Shown piece after piece: positions 1 through 10,642 of a DNA stretch of 64,000 nt (positions are counted from its first letter, which is position 1; each line of letters begins with the position of its first letter). The notes beneath the pieces are model-generated. The model was not told the origin of the DNA. It was given only the letters and a program-made list of their open reading frames with translations, and did no database searches. This stretch comes from Curvularia clavata (Eukaryota): the NCBI GenBank assembly GCA_023920165.1, contig CP089275.1, positions 3,968,001 to 4,032,000 of the forward strand, written 5' to 3'. The position numbers and the translations under genes are program-made.

Positions 1-22
1 AAAGGCGCTAACATGATTCTAG

Positions 23-439
23 ACACCAAGCAGACACGCGTCGTTAAGAAGACAGTCCCCACAGAGTCGTTCTTCAACTTCTTCGACCCACCCAAGCCCC
101 CGCAGGACGACGATGACGCCACCTCGGACATCGAGGAGCGTCTCGAGCTCGACTACCAGCTCGGCGAGGACATCAAGGAGAAGCTCATTCCCCGCGCCAT
201 CGACTGGTTCACTGGCGAGGCTCTTCAGTACGAGAACATCGAGGACTTCGACGAGGGTGAATTTGAGGACGAGGATGATGAGGATGAGGACGAGCTCAGT
301 GATGACCGTGAGGAGGAAGAGGAGTCAGATGACGAGGTAAGCACTGGTGGACATTCAATTGCACTGCAGGCTGCTAACACTACTCTAGAATGATGGCACA
401 AAACCTAAGCAGGAAGCGGCCGAGTGCAAGCAGAGTTAA
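23..439 (+). CDS. NAP1: Nucleosome assembly protein, 3' part (gene starts upstream of window); exons 23-336 and 389-439
   Basis: SFFNFF...[19 protein letters not shown] motif and acidic tail. Intron GTAAGC 337..CTAAC..TAG 388. Last exon [16 protein letters not shown]. Confidence 0.93.
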
Positions 440-1417
440 ATTCCCTCACTAAGCATCACATCTCACTTCAACAAGATGATGATCCCTCGAGTCGTTCTGG
501 GGGCTGGTGTTCATCTTGGGCTGCTGTAGCATGGGTCCATGCCCGTGTCAGCTTGCCACGACCTTTGCACGAATCTCTATATCCGACACCTCTTTCCATG
601 ACTTCTTAGCTGGCGTAATACTTGCATCAAGAGAGCGCAGGGGCAATGGTTGATTGGGCATGTCACACACACTAGCCATGTCACCAAGTATTCTAGACCT
701 CCCAACCTTTTTTAACGCATCCCCTTTAACAGGTTCACGGCCCACAACCAACGATCGCTTAGCATAAACGGCGTTGTCTAGGTGGGGTTTTGCTGCATGT
801 ATCTTTTTCTTGGGGGTTGTTAAGGGGGTTTTGATGTTCCACAATGGCAGTAGAATTGGCGTAATTAGGCTCGAACGTGTGTCATGAGGTAAATGAAAAA
901 GAACTGTTTCAAGGCCCTGTATAGGAGACGGTGTGCTATTGTCATTGTGAATGTGAGTTTGGTGATGTTACTAGGGGACGGTCGGCGTGGGGGGTTCGTT
1001 GGGTTTATCGGAGTTATCTAGACAGGAACACCTGCATGTGTCTTTTTTGTTGGATTACTAGCTGCAGCTCCCCTGATAGAGGCTTGCTGCTTGCATCGTG
1101 CGCTCCGTTCGTTGGGAACCAGGACCTGTACGTCCCGATGTGAATACGATACACATGGAGGTTAGCGCGGGGTAAGAATTGCTTAGTGGCCGAGGGGCGG
1201 GGCTGCGCAGCAACCGGGTGAAGTTCGGGCATGGGTTTTGGAAAAATAATTTTGGTACGACTACTACTTGAACGCGACCACACGCGCCATTGGTGCAACT
1301 TGGAACACTGGTAATTGTCCTTGATTTTGTTTACGTGGAACGCAATTGGCGAGAAATACGAGAGCGAAACAACGTCTTCTTACGACTTCTTACGCTGTAC
1401 AGAGATATACTCGGTAT

Positions 1418-1453
1418 ACGACGACGACGACGACGACGACTACTACTACTACT
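1418..1453 (+). repeat. Compound microsatellite (ACG)7(ACT)5 upstream of FAP7
   Basis: Read directly from the sequence. Confidence 0.9.
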
Positions 1454-1519
1454 ACCGCCGCGCAATACGATACTCTGTCCCACGATAAGTCAAAGACAAA
1501 GAGAGGTAGAGAAACAAAA

Positions 1520-2129
1520 ATGGCGCGCAAGAGCCCAAACATTGTCATCACAGGCACACCAGGCGTAGGCAAGACGACGCACGCCGAGCAACTGGCGCAA
1601 GCGACGGGACTGAAACATCTCTCTGTGAATACAATTGTCAAAGACGAGGGGTTCCATGAGGGCAAAGATGAAGAGACGGGAAGTTGGATTGTGGATGAGG
1701 ATAAGGTACGCTATACCACACATACACATGTACATGTCCTAACGCTGTTGTTCAAAAAAGCTCCTCGACTACCTCGAGACCCTCCCCCTGCACTCCACCG
1801 GCGGCTACATCCTCGACTGGCATGCATGCGACCTCTTTCCCGAGCGCTGGATCGATCTCGTAATTGTTCTGCGATGCGAATCTTCCATCCTGTACGACCG
1901 CCTTACCGCACGAGGATACAGCGGCAAGAAGCTAGAAGAGAACATGGACAGTGAGATCATGCAGGTGTTGCTGGAGGAGGCGAGAGAAGCGTACAGAGAA
2001 GAGATTGTGATTGAACTGAAGAGCGAGACGGCGGCGGATGTCGAGGGGAATCTCGAGAGGTGTGAGAGGTGGGTGGAGGAGTGGAGGAAGGATAGGGAGA
2101 AGGAGGGCGAAGGCGAGAAAGAAGAGTAA
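1520..2129 (+). CDS. FAP7: Adenylate kinase 6 / Fap7 (40S maturation ATPase); intron 1706-1760
   Basis: NIVITGTPGVGKTT P-loop. Splicing joins to the LDWHACDLFPERWIDLVIVLRC exon and NMDSEIMQV. Confidence 0.92.
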
Positions 2130-2227
2130 AAAGAGAAGCAAACAGGGAAAGGGAGGCTACATGATACCAATATATAATGAATTTATGAGATTGATTCATT
2201 TTTACGTTTCATTTGTGGATAGGCTTC

Positions 2228-3069
2228 TTAAGAGGAGTTGGCCTCACTTGCAAGCCACGCCTTGAGCTTCTCGAGCGCCTTTCCCCGATGGCTAATCTTG
2301 TTCTTCTCGCTCTTGTCCATTTCAGCATATGTTTGGCCCTCGTACTCGAAGCATGAGTCCCAGCCTATCATCCTTGTTAGCTAAAAACGACCACAAACAA
2401 CACATCTCTTGGGATTTGTCTGGATATGGAAGCAACTTACCGAAAACAGTCGATCCCCGGCTTTCAACCAACTTTCCATCAGTCCGGCCTTGGAACAAGA
2501 TTGCTTCCTGGCCTGGGCCAGCGCAGTACCCAAAGGTGCACACGGCTTGTGCAGATTTGTCGTCGAAACCGGCGAGGAGCTTGTGCAGGTTTGGGGCACC
2601 GAGAGAGAGCATGAACCATTTGCTGTGGGGAAAAAAATGAGAGTGTTAGGAGAAAGCTTGCGGAATGAACTAATGGGGACGTACATGTATGGTCCGGGGA
2701 GGTCGTTCATGGCTTTGAAACAGAGGCATGTGTCTTCGACTAGAACGGGACCTTGGATCTGGGAGAGAGTTAGCGTTGGGGAAAGAGATGCGGAGGCATA
2801 GTCTGGTATGGCAGAGTCAAGACGTGTCCCGTCCGGATATACCCCTTCCATTTGAAATTAGACCTAAGGTAGTAAAGAAAAAAACCCACAGCTTCAGCGG
2901 CTCTTCGCGCCTTGTCTCTGGTGACCTCTTCAACGGTGCCCTGAATCTCGACCAAATCAACGTTCTGGTTTCGTAGCTCGATGACGCCAGAGAGAATGGC
3001 TTGGACCTCGGCCAGCTTATTCTTATTGCCGGTTATGAAGTTGAGGTGTTTGGGTACTGAAGATGCCAT
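2228..3069 (-). CDS. HAM1: Inosine triphosphate pyrophosphatase (ITPase), 4 exons
   Basis: [25 protein letters not shown](I)KWF, FGWD and [11 protein letters not shown] motifs joined across three GT-AG introns. Confidence 0.95.
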
Positions 3070-3857
3070 TTTGAAAATTCTGGTTACTCTGATGTGCAGT
3101 GTCTTTCTCGTGTGCTGATAGGTATTAGAGTAAGATTTTTGCTGTGCTGAGTTTTAGCAATTGAGCACTAAAATCGTAAATTGGTTGTCAATATACCCTC
3201 TCGAAACCTCTATTCCGCTGATTTGCAATCAACGCCTCGAAAATACAAAATGACTCTACAAGCGGAATTAGCAGTGTAGGTGATAAGGGCGCAGTGCATC
3301 CAAGGGCAGAAAACGCCAATATTAGCCTAGCCTCACCAAAGGGCGTCCGCCAAGAATACTGCCACACTTTTAGCGTGACGGAGGTCAGTACCTACAATTT
3401 TTAGAAACACGTTCCTCACACGATATCTGCGTTGCAGAGTCAATCTTGCAAACACGGTGATAGGACCGAGGGGTTCTATGATTAGCTTCTCACATGTAAG
3501 CGAGCTGAGCAGGGGTCCCACTACTGGCATGCCTCGAATGTAACCGTGGCCGACAAAACCGTTGCTCTCAGCCGCATCAATCACACCCTGCTATGTACCT
3601 GCACATGCAGTTCCACCGTTTGAACCATCTGTTTGCAGCTTAGAGAACTGTATAATCGCCGAAGCAAAGAGCCTCATGGCTTGAGGCTGAGCCGTTACCG
3701 CTCTTCGATTATCCAGCAACGCACCTCACGACATTAACAACTTCTTTGCAGCTGATTCCAAACACCGTGCCCAACGCAGCTGGGCATTGGCATTTTCCAT
3801 TTTCTTGCTCTCATCACCGAAGAGCAGGCAGGGTACTGGCGCCTCGTCACCGCCAAA

Positions 3858-5902
3858 ATGGGTTCCCTCAGGATGTTGTTTCTAGCGGTGCATGCCTCCA
3901 ACGGCATAATAAGGGCTTTATTCCTGCCAGCATGCTATCTCACGCTCTTCAGTCCTTTTGTACTTGTCTTCGCGTGGTACTTTGGCTTCCTACAAAGATT
4001 CGAAAATTTCATACCCGAAGACTTTTCCTGGTTCGATCTCTTGCCACAATTCGCGCTTTCAGCAGTCCTATTCTTGTTGCCTACAAGATTCTTATCAGCC
4101 TCGAGTGCTACAAATAAGAGCAAAGATGGGAAGAGACGGATACAATCGCTGCCCTACTGGATCCCGGGACTCAGAAACTTTACGAGCATCGCGTTCAGTG
4201 GTGAGGAGTGGTTAGGCGGTGTCAGGTTAGTTTAAGAAATATTATCCTAGAGCATCAGTTGACCATTTTCAGAGAATCTTCGACAGTAAATGTGGTTGCG
4301 TACAAGGCAGCAGGAACTAAACACAATGTGCTGCTTGCAGAGTCCCTGCTCAATCAGACATACAAAAACTGGCAGAACTTGGAGACACCAGACAATAATC
4401 TACGCCCCATCCTTCGAAATGCATTCAAGCTTCCATCAGCAATGGAAAGCCACTATCTCGAACTATTACCGGAAATCAGTCGAGTTGTGGAAACGGAACT
4501 GTATGGAGGACCAAGCAAGGAGGACCTTATCAAAACATCGCTCAAACACTTATCCGAATCTTTTCCCGACCTCGTCACTTTTAACTCATCGATTGTCGAC
4601 CAGATGCAATGGGAACGCGTCTCAAACATGGAACTTACCGACGGCACATCGGAAGTCGAGTGCGATCTGTTTACGCTCATCAATGAATTCTGCTGCAACG
4701 CCATCCTGCCGCCAATTGTTGGAGTCCAGTTTTCCGAATCATATCAGTTACTCCCTACAGACCTGGCTTCTCTCAATGAACGTTTCTGGGCGCTCGCTCT
4801 CGGGCTACCGCGGTTGTCACCTATCCAAGGCTTACCGGCGTCAGCTCTGGCCCGAAAACGATTGATAAGGAACTTTGAAAATCACTTCGCCGATTTGACA
4901 AACCCACCAGTAAAGAGAGTACCAGATGATGACGAAAGCGTGAGCGGCGAAGAAGATACGGATGCCGATACAGTTACGCCTCTCATGAAACTCAATCAAG
5001 TGTTCACCAAGCATGAGCTGCCAATGGAACTGAGAGCCTCAATTGCTCTTCATCTTGTGCATGATCTAGTCTCGGAAGTAGTGCCGCTTGTGTTTTGGAC
5101 GTTGCTGCATATTCACTCGTTATCGAGGGTGCAAGAGTCGGCCTCAGAAGATCTGCCACTTGAGAAGATTAAGAAAGAAACTAAAAACTGGGCTCGGGCA
5201 TTCCAACCACCATCAATTCACCCGTCATTCCCGGCGCCACCAGAGATACGCTTCGGGTCAGCAGCTGAGGCTCTCACTCCCACATCATTTCCTTACCTTC
5301 GCTCTTGTATCAATGAGGCACGACGTCTGTATAACTGCTCTATCAGTGCGTACAAGATCAAACAACCAATTACACTAAAGGAAGATGCCATACGAACAGG
5401 CGAGGAAGAGCAGTGGGAGCTGGAAGCAGGATCGTATATCGACATTGGCCTATCTCAGACCATGATTAATTCATCGCCCGTATCACACTCCGATCCACAA
5501 ACCTACAAGCCCGAACGCTTCCTAAATGCTCCGGTCCCATCCTCCATCATCACCCCGAACGATTCATCAGAATCATACAAGACTGCCCTTCTCATACCAT
5601 TGGTTGCAGGCCTCGTGCAGCTGTGGAATATTGCACCTGCGCCAAAGAAGAGCTTTTTCGATCAGATGCAGGAAGCAGGGAATCAAGCGTCCATGGGCGC
5701 AGCCGCGCTTGCCGGAGAGGAAAGAGCTACCGTAGGGGAAGCGGAACGAGCGAGAGGGGATGAAAAGAGAAAGGGAGCAAAATGGATGTTTCCGAAAGCT
5801 ATTGATGGAGCCAGCATCAAGGTTCCAAGAAGCGATGTCAGGGTAAGGATTCGTAGAAGGGAAGGTTTACCAGTAAGCAAGACTATTGGCCGCATTGGCT
5901 AG
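3858..5902 (+). CDS. Membrane-anchored cytochrome P450-fold protein (CYP7-like) lacking a recognisable heme-binding Cys motif; intron about 4226-4272
   Basis: N-terminal hydrophobic segments then LPYWIPGL. VPLVFWTLLHI (I-helix-like), CINEARRLY (ExxR) and YKPERFL (PERF) are present. No FxxGxxxCxG follows. Confidence 0.7.
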
Positions 5903-7491
5903 CGAACATCCGAAGCAAAGCGGGCAGTAGTCCGTCCTCCAACCAGGAGAGACCTTGTATAGAGCCGCGTAAATAGTATCAGTTTGAATTGTTACAGGTG
6001 TCATGTCTTGTCATAATACGCACGCATGTCGGTGATATCTAAACGGTGAAGGCTAACTTTCGGACCGTCCAATACCCCAGACAGCATAGAATCGGACCTG
6101 TCTCAACACCTCGACCATCGACGATGCCAATCAAATCTACATGACACGAATCACACCAAAATTCAATAAACTATCCTGCTATCGAGTCTTGCCCAAGTCA
6201 GCGATCGTGGAGGCGTGGCAGGTAGCCACATCATGATAGATCCTCGTATGGTCTGTAACCAGGGGAACTAGTACCCGTTTCCCCATCTCCCCGAAGTGAG
6301 ACCTTGCATTGCAATGAGAGGAAAAGTCGCGATTCGTCAATTCAATCTCGATCCTCAGGCCAATCTTGTAACGACTATTGTATATGTCACAATGATTGGA
6401 ACATGAGACTAGGAAGATAGTCGAGAGGGGGGACGTGATAGATCTGTCAAACTTACATACATATGTATAATCTTGCATTATCCCCAGTGCAAGTGCAAGT
6501 GCAAGGGGGGAGGCGCAGGGCTGACGTCGTCGCACACCCATCAACAAATCGTCAAAGTAGCGGTGAAAAAAAGCGCAACGGGCGCTCTCTCGAACCGAGT
6601 AACCACCTAACAAACGCAATTGCCGATCGGAGCCACACGTCCTTTCCAAGTAATTACTTCCAACACGCTAGAACAATCCGAATCCACCGACGGAATACTC
6701 TCTCCACATGTCATTACCGGATCCCATCCTTGCTTGTGCACCGGCTGACTCGGGGAACAAGTAAACGCTACCTACCTGCCCTTACCCCTCTCTCCCTTGT
6801 CTCTTTCGCACACGCGACACACGCTATACCACCTCTTCCCGTGTTCCCCGCGACAAAAACCATGAAATAAGCGCGTTCACAAAAGAAGGAAATCCCCGAT
6901 ACGGCGCTTGGACATGCCGGTGAGGTGGGTATGTGTGTTAGAGAGAAAGAGAGTGAGAGGGCATATACCGATCATCAGACGAGTCTAGAAGGGTCCAGGG
7001 GTGAGCAAGCGGGTTAGCGAGGAGAGGATGTGTCAGCTGGACGGTGTAAGAGATGTATTGTGTACGTATGTACAGTAGACGGAGGGAGAGATGGAGAGAT
7101 GTGGTGCGTCATGCTTGTGTATTCATGTATGTAAGGTGGACTGATTATGCATGCAATAGCTACGTATGTGGATAAGAATACGGTGGGAAAAGTAAATACG
7201 GAATGCAAAGGGACACAGGGCTGATCGGAGGTGGCCGAACTGAGGGATAAAGTTCCTTGTACATACATACTAGGCGAGGAGGGGAGGGGAAGGAGGGGGG
7301 CTGGAGAGTCACGTGGATAGACTAAAGTAGGTGGAAGGATAATCCGCCGGACATGTTGGTGTTCCCCTGAACCGAGCTCCACAACACGAACAGGATGATT
7401 GGGAAGTCGAAAAATACCACAGCTGTACAAACAATATAAGTGATGTTTCTGTCTGATCTTCCATCAGAGAAGCACTAACTTCTGCATCACA

Positions 7492-7563
7492 GCCTTCCTA
7501 GCTCAGTGGTAGAGCGCGTCACTAGTAATGACGAGGTCGTCAGTTCAATTCTGGCGGAAGGCA
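7492..7563 (+). tRNA. tRNA-Thr(AGT), intronless
   Basis: Acceptor stem GCCTTCC/GGAAGGC, D-arm GCTCAGTGGTAGAGC, anticodon arm CGTCA-CTAGTAA-TGACG, T-loop TTCAATT, followed by a T-run Pol III terminator. Confidence 0.97.
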
Positions 7564-8158
7564 TCTTTTTTGCTACCGGCATTGTTAGGAGAAGAATTGC
7601 CTTGTTTAAACGACTGTTCTCATTGCTGGCGGTCTCCATGTCATGTGCACGACGCCTGAGCATGAGCGGGAAATTGATTTTGATTTTTTTAGACTTTATT
7701 CATTCAACGCCATATACACATTCATTGCAAACAGAGCACGTATTGTTGGTGCAGCCAGTTGGGAAGCGCGCATAGTCCTCTTGAACCGAGTTTTGTTGAT
7801 TGTGCGAAAGTTCGCAAGCCGAACATTATCATTCAAAATGCATTGACCATGGCGTCAACACAAACCATATTTGCATTCGACAAAGTCAACATTCACAGCA
7901 CAATACCGCGACAACATAACAGTGCACAGCAAAGGTGCGTGAAATTGGAACTCGTCAATGTCATTTCCATGATACTTTTCCCGCACGACCTGATAACACC
8001 AGATGCGGATTGTACCCCATGCACGCCATCACTGCCGCGGACTCGCATGAAGGGTCATGTTTATCTTTTATTTGTAAACACAAACACCTTTGGAATGCCG
8101 ATATCATGCCGCAGAAAGTTGAAAAGACCCAGAACCCCTTGGCTATCCAATGATGCCC

Positions 8159-9040
8159 TTAAACCTGATCAAGGACAGTCTCCTTGAACTCACGCTCAAC
8201 CTTCTGGCCAGAGTCGTCCTGGCTCGACTCGCCGTGGAGACCGAGGAGGGCACCAAGGTCGAACTTGGGTGCCTTGAGGAGCTTGACCTTTCGGACGTGG
8301 ACCTGTGCGCTGGGTTAGTCTTTCTTGTCATGTGTGAATTTCCATGCGAACACCTACGTTCTGGAGGGGGTAGATGCCCTGGGTGGCCTTCTCAATCTCG
8401 CGACCAATGACCTCGGGAATGAGCTTCTGGGTGAGCTGGGCGAGGGTGCATGAGCTGGCGTCGCGGGTCATGATTTCAATCATCTTCTTGCGGATAGCCC
8501 TAATCTGCGACGATTGAGCGTAGGTGGTCTTCTTGACCTGGTTTGGTCGTCGCTTGGTGAAGGCAATGCAGAAGAGGCGGATGAGGTAGTCATCGGTGGT
8601 CTTGACGACGACGTTGGCCTCAATGAGGGATTGCCACTTGCGGACGAGGGAGCGGAGCTTGTCGGAGGTGAAGTCGAGACCGTGGAAGTTGGTCAGGCAG
8701 TTCTTGCCCTGGACCTCGTCGACGCGGAGCTTGACCTTGCGGAAGGCGTGGTCCTCGTCCTTCTGGAGATCGGCGAGCGAGACCTCGAATATCCGGCCCT
8801 TGAGAGCATCGTTTGCGTTCTTGAGACCGGTGGTGCGGTTGACGAGGGTCTTTCCAACACTGCGAAGAACGTAGAGTAAGCATGGAGTCCCCGCGTGTAT
8901 GGCAACGGGCAGTCTTACTCTCGGACCGCGAAAGTTCCTGGGGCCTTGATGTTGTACCAGTCCTTCTTAGCGAAGGTGTCGGTCTTCTTCTTGAGACCCT
9001 TCTTTCCCTTTGAAAGACGCTTGTTCTTGCCGACAGCCAT
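8159..9040 (-). CDS. RPS1: 40S ribosomal protein S1 (eS1/S3a), 3 exons
   Basis: [15 protein letters not shown]...[19 protein letters not shown] and the C-terminal ..ETVLDQV*. Confidence 0.97.
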
Positions 9041-10141
9041 GATTGCGAGTCTTGTTGTCGGGCGTCGAGGTGTGGTGGGTTGTCGTCGTCAATGTCGAAA
9101 GCGAGAATCCGACGCCAATGTGGTGTTGAAAATCTAAGCGAGCCCAGTAGCGCATCACGTGCGCCAAGACCACCACAATAGGGCGGGCGATCACAGCAGC
9201 ACCACTGCAACAACACTACACAACATGGAATGGAAAAGGTACTTGATGGAATAAATTGACCGAGTTTGGAGCAAATTCTGGAATGTGAAAGAGGCCAGAA
9301 TTTTGCCATTCGCCATCTGCATCAGGCGTTTCACTATTGCGAGTGGTTCGGCAGTCCAGGAACGTGACCTGTACGCCCTCTCCTTGTCGCTAGAAGTCAC
9401 TGGTAACCCATTTGTAATAGCACAGTGGCACGTAGTCTGATGTCCATCACGAGCCGTGGTAGTGGTCGTGTTACAGCGGCGTGGCGACTGCAAGCCTCGG
9501 CCGTGGGCAACCGGAGAGGCAAAGTCACGAGATGATTACAATTGCTTGATAAATACGAGACAGAAGATTAACATGTGAAAAGGTATCAATATTGTGATGT
9601 TGTTACAGATATTACAATCCTAATATGGGAGTAGCTTAGGTACGGGCTAACAAAGCCTCACGTGCCTAGCCCCTCAACCTGAAAGTGTTTCGCTTCGCTT
9701 CTCTGCCCCTCGTCCCCCCTTTGACACTCGCTAGCATCTCGCCGACCACAACACGTGCACTGCGGCATCATGGCCACGGCGACGGCTGAGTCGTGGTGCT
9801 GTAGTCATCAGGCCGGTTCATTCCACCACCACGTAAGTTTCCGGATATGTCTCCACGTGGCACGGAAGGGAGTGCCCAATTTCGCCAGTCTGAGCCTCAG
9901 CAGACGGCTGAAGTGGCGCAGTGGCTTGAGTGCGGCGTAACATTGGGCTGGGTCCGATTGCGTAGTAGGCTGTACATTGCTGACACTCTTGACATCGGCA
10001 CGCAGTCAAGGTGCGCTGCCCCTGGGAAGAAGAGCGATGGATGGCCTAGTAGATAGCATGATGGTCGGGTCTGGCAAGTCTCGATGCATGTCGAAGATTG
10101 TCTTCGCTACAAGGCATTGTCGACCTGGTCCGGACACGCAT

Positions 10142-10642
10142 TCACGCCTTAACGTCGGCCTGTTGGTCCTGCTGACCATAGGGACTCTCGTTCTGGCAGA
10201 ACTTCTCAAAGTCAGGGAAGCTGATGTAGCCGTCTGGAGCGATGTCAGATGTTGCTAAAGGTGAGCTTCTTCGGGTATGCGTACCCTGCTGCCTGTACTG
10301 GCGGACATAGCGATCACTCTCGGTCCTTGACATGGCCGGCCTGTCGGAAGAGTAGGATGGTTCCGAGTTGAGCCTGGACCTTGGGGAGAGCATTGGGCTT
10401 CCTGGAGGAGTCTCGCCTCGTGGAGTAGTGGGCGAAGAAGCGACCTTTGCTAGGAGAATGGAGGCCTTGATAGGGCTCCCTGAGGTGGCCGAGTCGCGGC
10501 GAGAGGTAGTAGGGACAAGAGTGGTGAGACAGGGCGAGGAGACGGTTGATGGTGTCAGAGGAGGCCGTCGGCTACCTGATCGGGAGCGCTGAGGAGCCTC
10601 TGTGGGCAGCGAGTAGTAGTATCGTGGGTTGGCAGCGGACAT
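10142..10642 (-). CDS. Small Ser/Pro-rich hypothetical protein with C-terminal YISFPDFE motif
   Basis: ATG in AAC-ATG context, disordered S/P/T-rich ORF, long upstream non-coding region. No family recognised. Confidence 0.55.
   Translation of the reverse strand: MSAANPRYYYSLPTEAPQRSRSGSRRPPLTPSTVSSPCLTTLVPTTSRRDSATSGSPIKASILLAKVASSPTTPRGETPPGSPMLSPRSRLNSEPSYSSDRPAMSRTESDRYVRQYRQQGTHTRRSSPLATSDIAPDGYISFPDFEKFCQNESPYGQQDQQADVKA

Noticed and set aside
1346..1519. Poly-Thr N-terminal extension of FAP7 from a TTG start
   Set aside because: Produced by the ACG/ACT microsatellite. The ATG at 1520 has good context and matches the family start.
10255..10285. GTACGC...TTTAG as an intron in the small S/P-rich gene
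   Set aside because: Only about 30 nt and in frame, too short to call confidently.
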